A stretch of DNA of 25,072 nt from Chiloscyllium plagiosum. Its lineage: Eukaryota. The stretch spans positions 76,262,210-76,287,281 of the forward strand of contig NC_057718.1 of NCBI RefSeq assembly GCF_004010195.1, read 5' to 3'. The notes beneath the pieces were generated by a model. The model ran no database searches. It had not been told where the DNA came from and saw only the letters and a program-made list of their open reading frames with translations. A program made the translations under genes and the position numbers. Within the stretch, counting starts at the first letter, position 1. The number at the start of each line of letters is the position of its first letter. Below, one piece after another: positions 22,060 through 25,072 of the stretch.

Positions 22060-22760
22060 ACCCCATGTGTCTCCACCTTTTTCATCAACCTACCATGGGG
22101 AACTTCATCATTCATCTGACTAAAGTCCATGTATATGAAATCTACATCCTTTCCCTCAATCAACTTTGTTACCTCTTCAAAGAATTCTATTAGATTTGTA
22201 AAGCATGACCTTCCCTGCACAAAACCATGCTGCCTATCACAGGGAAGCCCATTTTCTTCCAAATGGGTATATATCCTATTCCTTAGTATATTCTGCAGTA
22301 GCTTCTCTACTCCTGGCATCAGGCTCACAGGATTATCCCTGCTACCCTTCTTAAACAAGTTTACAACTTTAGCAATTCTCCAGTCCCCTGTTTTCAAGGA
22401 TGCTGCAAAGATATCTGTTAAAGCCTCAGCTACTTCCTCTCTCACTTCCTTCAGCAACCTGGAATAGATCTGATCTAGACCTAGGGACTTGTCCACCTTA
22501 ATATCTTTTAGAATACACAACACTTCCTCCCTCCTTGAGCTGACTTGAACTAGAGTAATCAAACACCTATCCCGAACCTCAACATCCGCCTTGTCCCTCC
22601 GCCTCTGAATACCAATGCAAAGTTTTCATTAAGAATCTCACCCATTTTCTCTGACTCCATGCATATCTTACCTCCTTGGTCCTTCTGTGGGTCAACCCTT
22701 TCTCTAGTTACCCTCTTGTTCCTTATATATGATAAAAGGCTTTGGGTTTTCTTTAACCCT

Positions 22761-23612
22761 GGACAGCGAAGATTATCTCAGAGTGCAATCGGATCTTGAT
22801 CAGAAGGGCCAATAGGCTGAGGAGTGACAGATGGAGTTTAATTTAGATAAATGAGAGGTGCAGCATTTTGGAAAAGCATATGAGCGCAAGACTTATACAC
22901 TTAATGGTAAGGTCCTGGGAAGTGTTGCGGAACAAAGAGACCTTAGAGTGCAGGTTCATAGTTCTTTGAATGTAGAGTCACAGGTAGATAGGATAGTGAA
23001 GAAGGCATTTTGTATGCTTTCTTCTATTGAGTATAGGAGTTGGGTGATCATGTTGCGGCTATACAGGACATTGGTTAGACATTGTTGGAATACTGCATGC
23101 AATTCTGATCTCCTTCCTATCGGAAAGATGTTGTCAAACTTGAAAGGGTTCAGAAAAGATTTACAAGGATGTTGCCAGGGTTGGAGGATTTGAGCTATAG
23201 GGAGAGGTTGAATAGGCTAGGGCTGTTTTCCCTGGAGTGTCGGAGGCTGAGGGGTGACCTCAGAGTTTTATAAAATGACGAGAGGCACGGATAGGATAAA
23301 TGGACAAGGTATTTTCCCTGGGATGGAGGAGACCAGAACTAGAGGGCATAGAGGGGAAAGATAGTAGAGGGACCTAAGGGGCAACTTTTTAACAGAGTGT
23401 GGTGCATGTATGGAATGAGCTGCCAAAGGAAGTGGAGGAGGCTGGTACAATTACAGCATTTAAAAGGCATCTGGACAGGTACATGAATAGGAATGGTTTA
23501 GAGGGATATTGGCCAAGTGCTGGCAAATGGGACTAGATTATGTTTGGATATCTGGTCGGTATGGACGAGTTGGATTGAAGGATCTGTTTCTGTGCTATAC
23601 ATCTCTGTGACT
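22761..23612 (+). mobile_element. CR1 3' portion (RT C-terminus and tail)
   Basis: 'QHFGKA...YTLNGKVLGSVAEQRDLRVQVHSSLNVESQVDRIVKKAF' and tail ...gatctgtttctgtgctatacatctctgtgact. Confidence 0.9.
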
Positions 23613-23613
23613 G

Positions 23614-23779
23614 TAATTCATCTAACCTGCACATGATTGGTCCATGGGGAGAAACAGCAGAAACCCACGCAGAGAGGGAGAGCATGCAAACTCCACTCAA
23701 CCAGTCAGTCAGGGCTGAAATCAAACCAGGGTCCCTGGTGAGGTGAGTCAGCAGTGCTGATCATGAGCCATCATGCTGC
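23614..23779 (-). mobile_element. tRNA-derived V-SINE (HE1-like), 5' part
   Basis: Minus strand: A-box-like tggctcatgat, B-box-like ggtttgatttc, and V-domain-like tggagtttgcatgctctccctctctgcgtgggtttc...atgtgcaggttag. Confidence 0.75.
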
Positions 23780-23789
23780 TCAGTCTTTC

Positions 23790-24795
23790 TGATTACCTGC
23801 TACACCTGTGCTATCTTTGTTTCTTGCACAAGTACCTCCAAGTCCTTTTCTGATGCTTCATTTTGCAGTTTCTCTCCATTTAAAATCATACAGTTCTTTT
23901 GTTCTCCCTTCCAAAATCAATGTCACTTTTTCCCCAACATTACATTCACCATTTTTTGCCAGCTTACTTAACCATCAATATCTCTCTAAACTGTTCGTAT
24001 CCCTCTTGAATTCTGCCTTTCCACCATTTTTGGTGTCATTTGTAAATCTCCCTACAGTACATTCACTTCCTTTCTCCAAGTTATGAATTTTTTTGTATGC
24101 AGTTGCGATCCCTGTGGTTACAAGCTGCAAACCTGAAAAAGAACCCCTTATCCCACTCACTCTTTCCTGACCAATTCTCTCCCCACAGCAACAAAGTACC
24201 CCCAACACTATGGGCTCTTAACTTGTGACCTAACCTTTTACAAGGTACTTTGTCGATGCCTTCTGCAAGTCTAAATACAACACATCTACTGGCTTTCCTC
24301 AATCTACTCTGGTTGAGACTTCCTTGAAAAATTCTAAAATAGACACAATTTCCCTTTCATGAAGACATGCTAACTCTGCTATTATTAGACTATGATTTTC
24401 CAAATGTTCTGCAATTACGTATGACTGATTGCAACACATTTTCAACAACAGTTACTAGGCTATTCAGCCTATAGTTAACTGCTTTTTGCTTCCCTTCCTT
24501 TTTGAATAGGGGTGTCACTTTATAATTTTCCATTATCTGGTCTTTCTCCAGAATCCAAAGATTTTTGGAAAATTATAACCAATGCATCTCATTATCTCTA
24601 AAGCTACCTCTTTCTTCAAGGCCAGGAGACTCAACTGCTTTTAGCCCCATTATTGCGTCCAATACAATTTCTTTAGTGATAGTTATGGCACTCAAGTACT
24701 GTCCTATATCTTTTTGTATTAAAGGGATGTTTGAAATATCTACCATAAAGGCTGATGTAAATTATCTGTTTAATGCTGCTGCCATTTCCTTTTTG
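23790..24795 (-). mobile_element. Old decayed CR1 LINE (RT region)
   Basis: 'VGRFTNDTKNGG' (decayed FADD region) and 'DKVPCKRLGHKLRAHSVGG'. Confidence 0.8.
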
Positions 24796-24806
24796 AGATT
24801 TTTTAA

Positions 24807-24900
24807 ATTAGATTAGATTATTTACAGTGTGGAAACAGGTCCTTCGGCCCAACACGTCCACACCGCCCCGTCGAAGCGCAACCCACCCATGCCCCTACAT
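24807..24900 (-). mobile_element. SINE 3' tail fragment
   Basis: (ttaga)n tail followed by tacagtgtggaaacaggtccttcggcccaac, a CR1-like tail typical of HE1-type SINEs. Confidence 0.7.
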
Positions 24901-24910
24901 CTACGTAAGA

Positions 24911-25072
24911 GACCCCTTCTCCCATCTCCAACACACCCCGTCCACCTGGACACCCCGTGCTGGCCTCCTACCTACCCTCGACCTCTTCATAGCAAACTGC
25001 CGCCGCAACATTAACCGCTACCTGAACTCCCACACTCCTCCCACCCACTCCAACCTCTCACCCTCGGAACGC
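24911..25072 (+). mobile_element. Penelope-like element ORF fragment (region N-terminal to RT), running off the window
   Basis: DPFSHLQHTPSTWTPRAGLLPTLDLFIANCRRNINR...THSNLSPSER matches recalled shark Penelope ORF sequence upstream of the 'IKPADKG' motif. C-rich, like 11957-12336. Confidence 0.7.

Larger units (their letters stand above)
19331..22760 (-). mobile_element. CR1 LINE (RT and C-terminus) hosting two nested insertions
   Basis: 'QHGFVQGRSCFTNLIEFFEEVTK...IYMDFS...VPHGRL' (22562-22061) continues at 20501. 'ISKFADDTKIGG' and 'WAQKWQLEFNPGKCKVMQFGR...YCVEFWSPHYQKD' (20172-19558) follow. Confidence 0.88.

Noticed and set aside
20728..22066. Longest ORFs (294 and 395 aa)
   Set aside because: Their length is an artefact of the N gap. 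The real portions are CR1 RT or its antisense.
23614..23779. tRNA gene
   Set aside because: The A and B boxes are degenerate and continue into a V-SINE domain, with no cloverleaf.

Overview
This is eukaryotic, repeat-dense vertebrate DNA with two scaffold gaps (11816-11955 and 20919-21601). The repeat types (CR1 LINEs with shark-type 3' tails, an HE1-like V-SINE, a DeuSINE, Penelope-like elements) suggest a shark or other elasmobranch; this is inferred from recalled repeat families, not from a database search. No intact protein-coding ORF is present. Nearly all listed ORFs are decayed CR1/LINE/Penelope fragments or chance frames. The most interesting features are: (i) three hammerhead ribozyme cores (CUGANGA...GAAA-CGUC) carried by Penelope-like elements, plus three short palindromic Penelope-derived elements with decayed hammerheads; (ii) reconstructable nested insertions, including a 124-bp hammerhead-bearing insert with a 16-bp target-site duplication next to a CR1 RT catalytic motif; (iii) a solo LTR and a small terminal-inverted-repeat element; (iv) several small candidate minus-strand exons that can be joined in frame into an unidentified protein. 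No prokaryotic-type novel system is supported.
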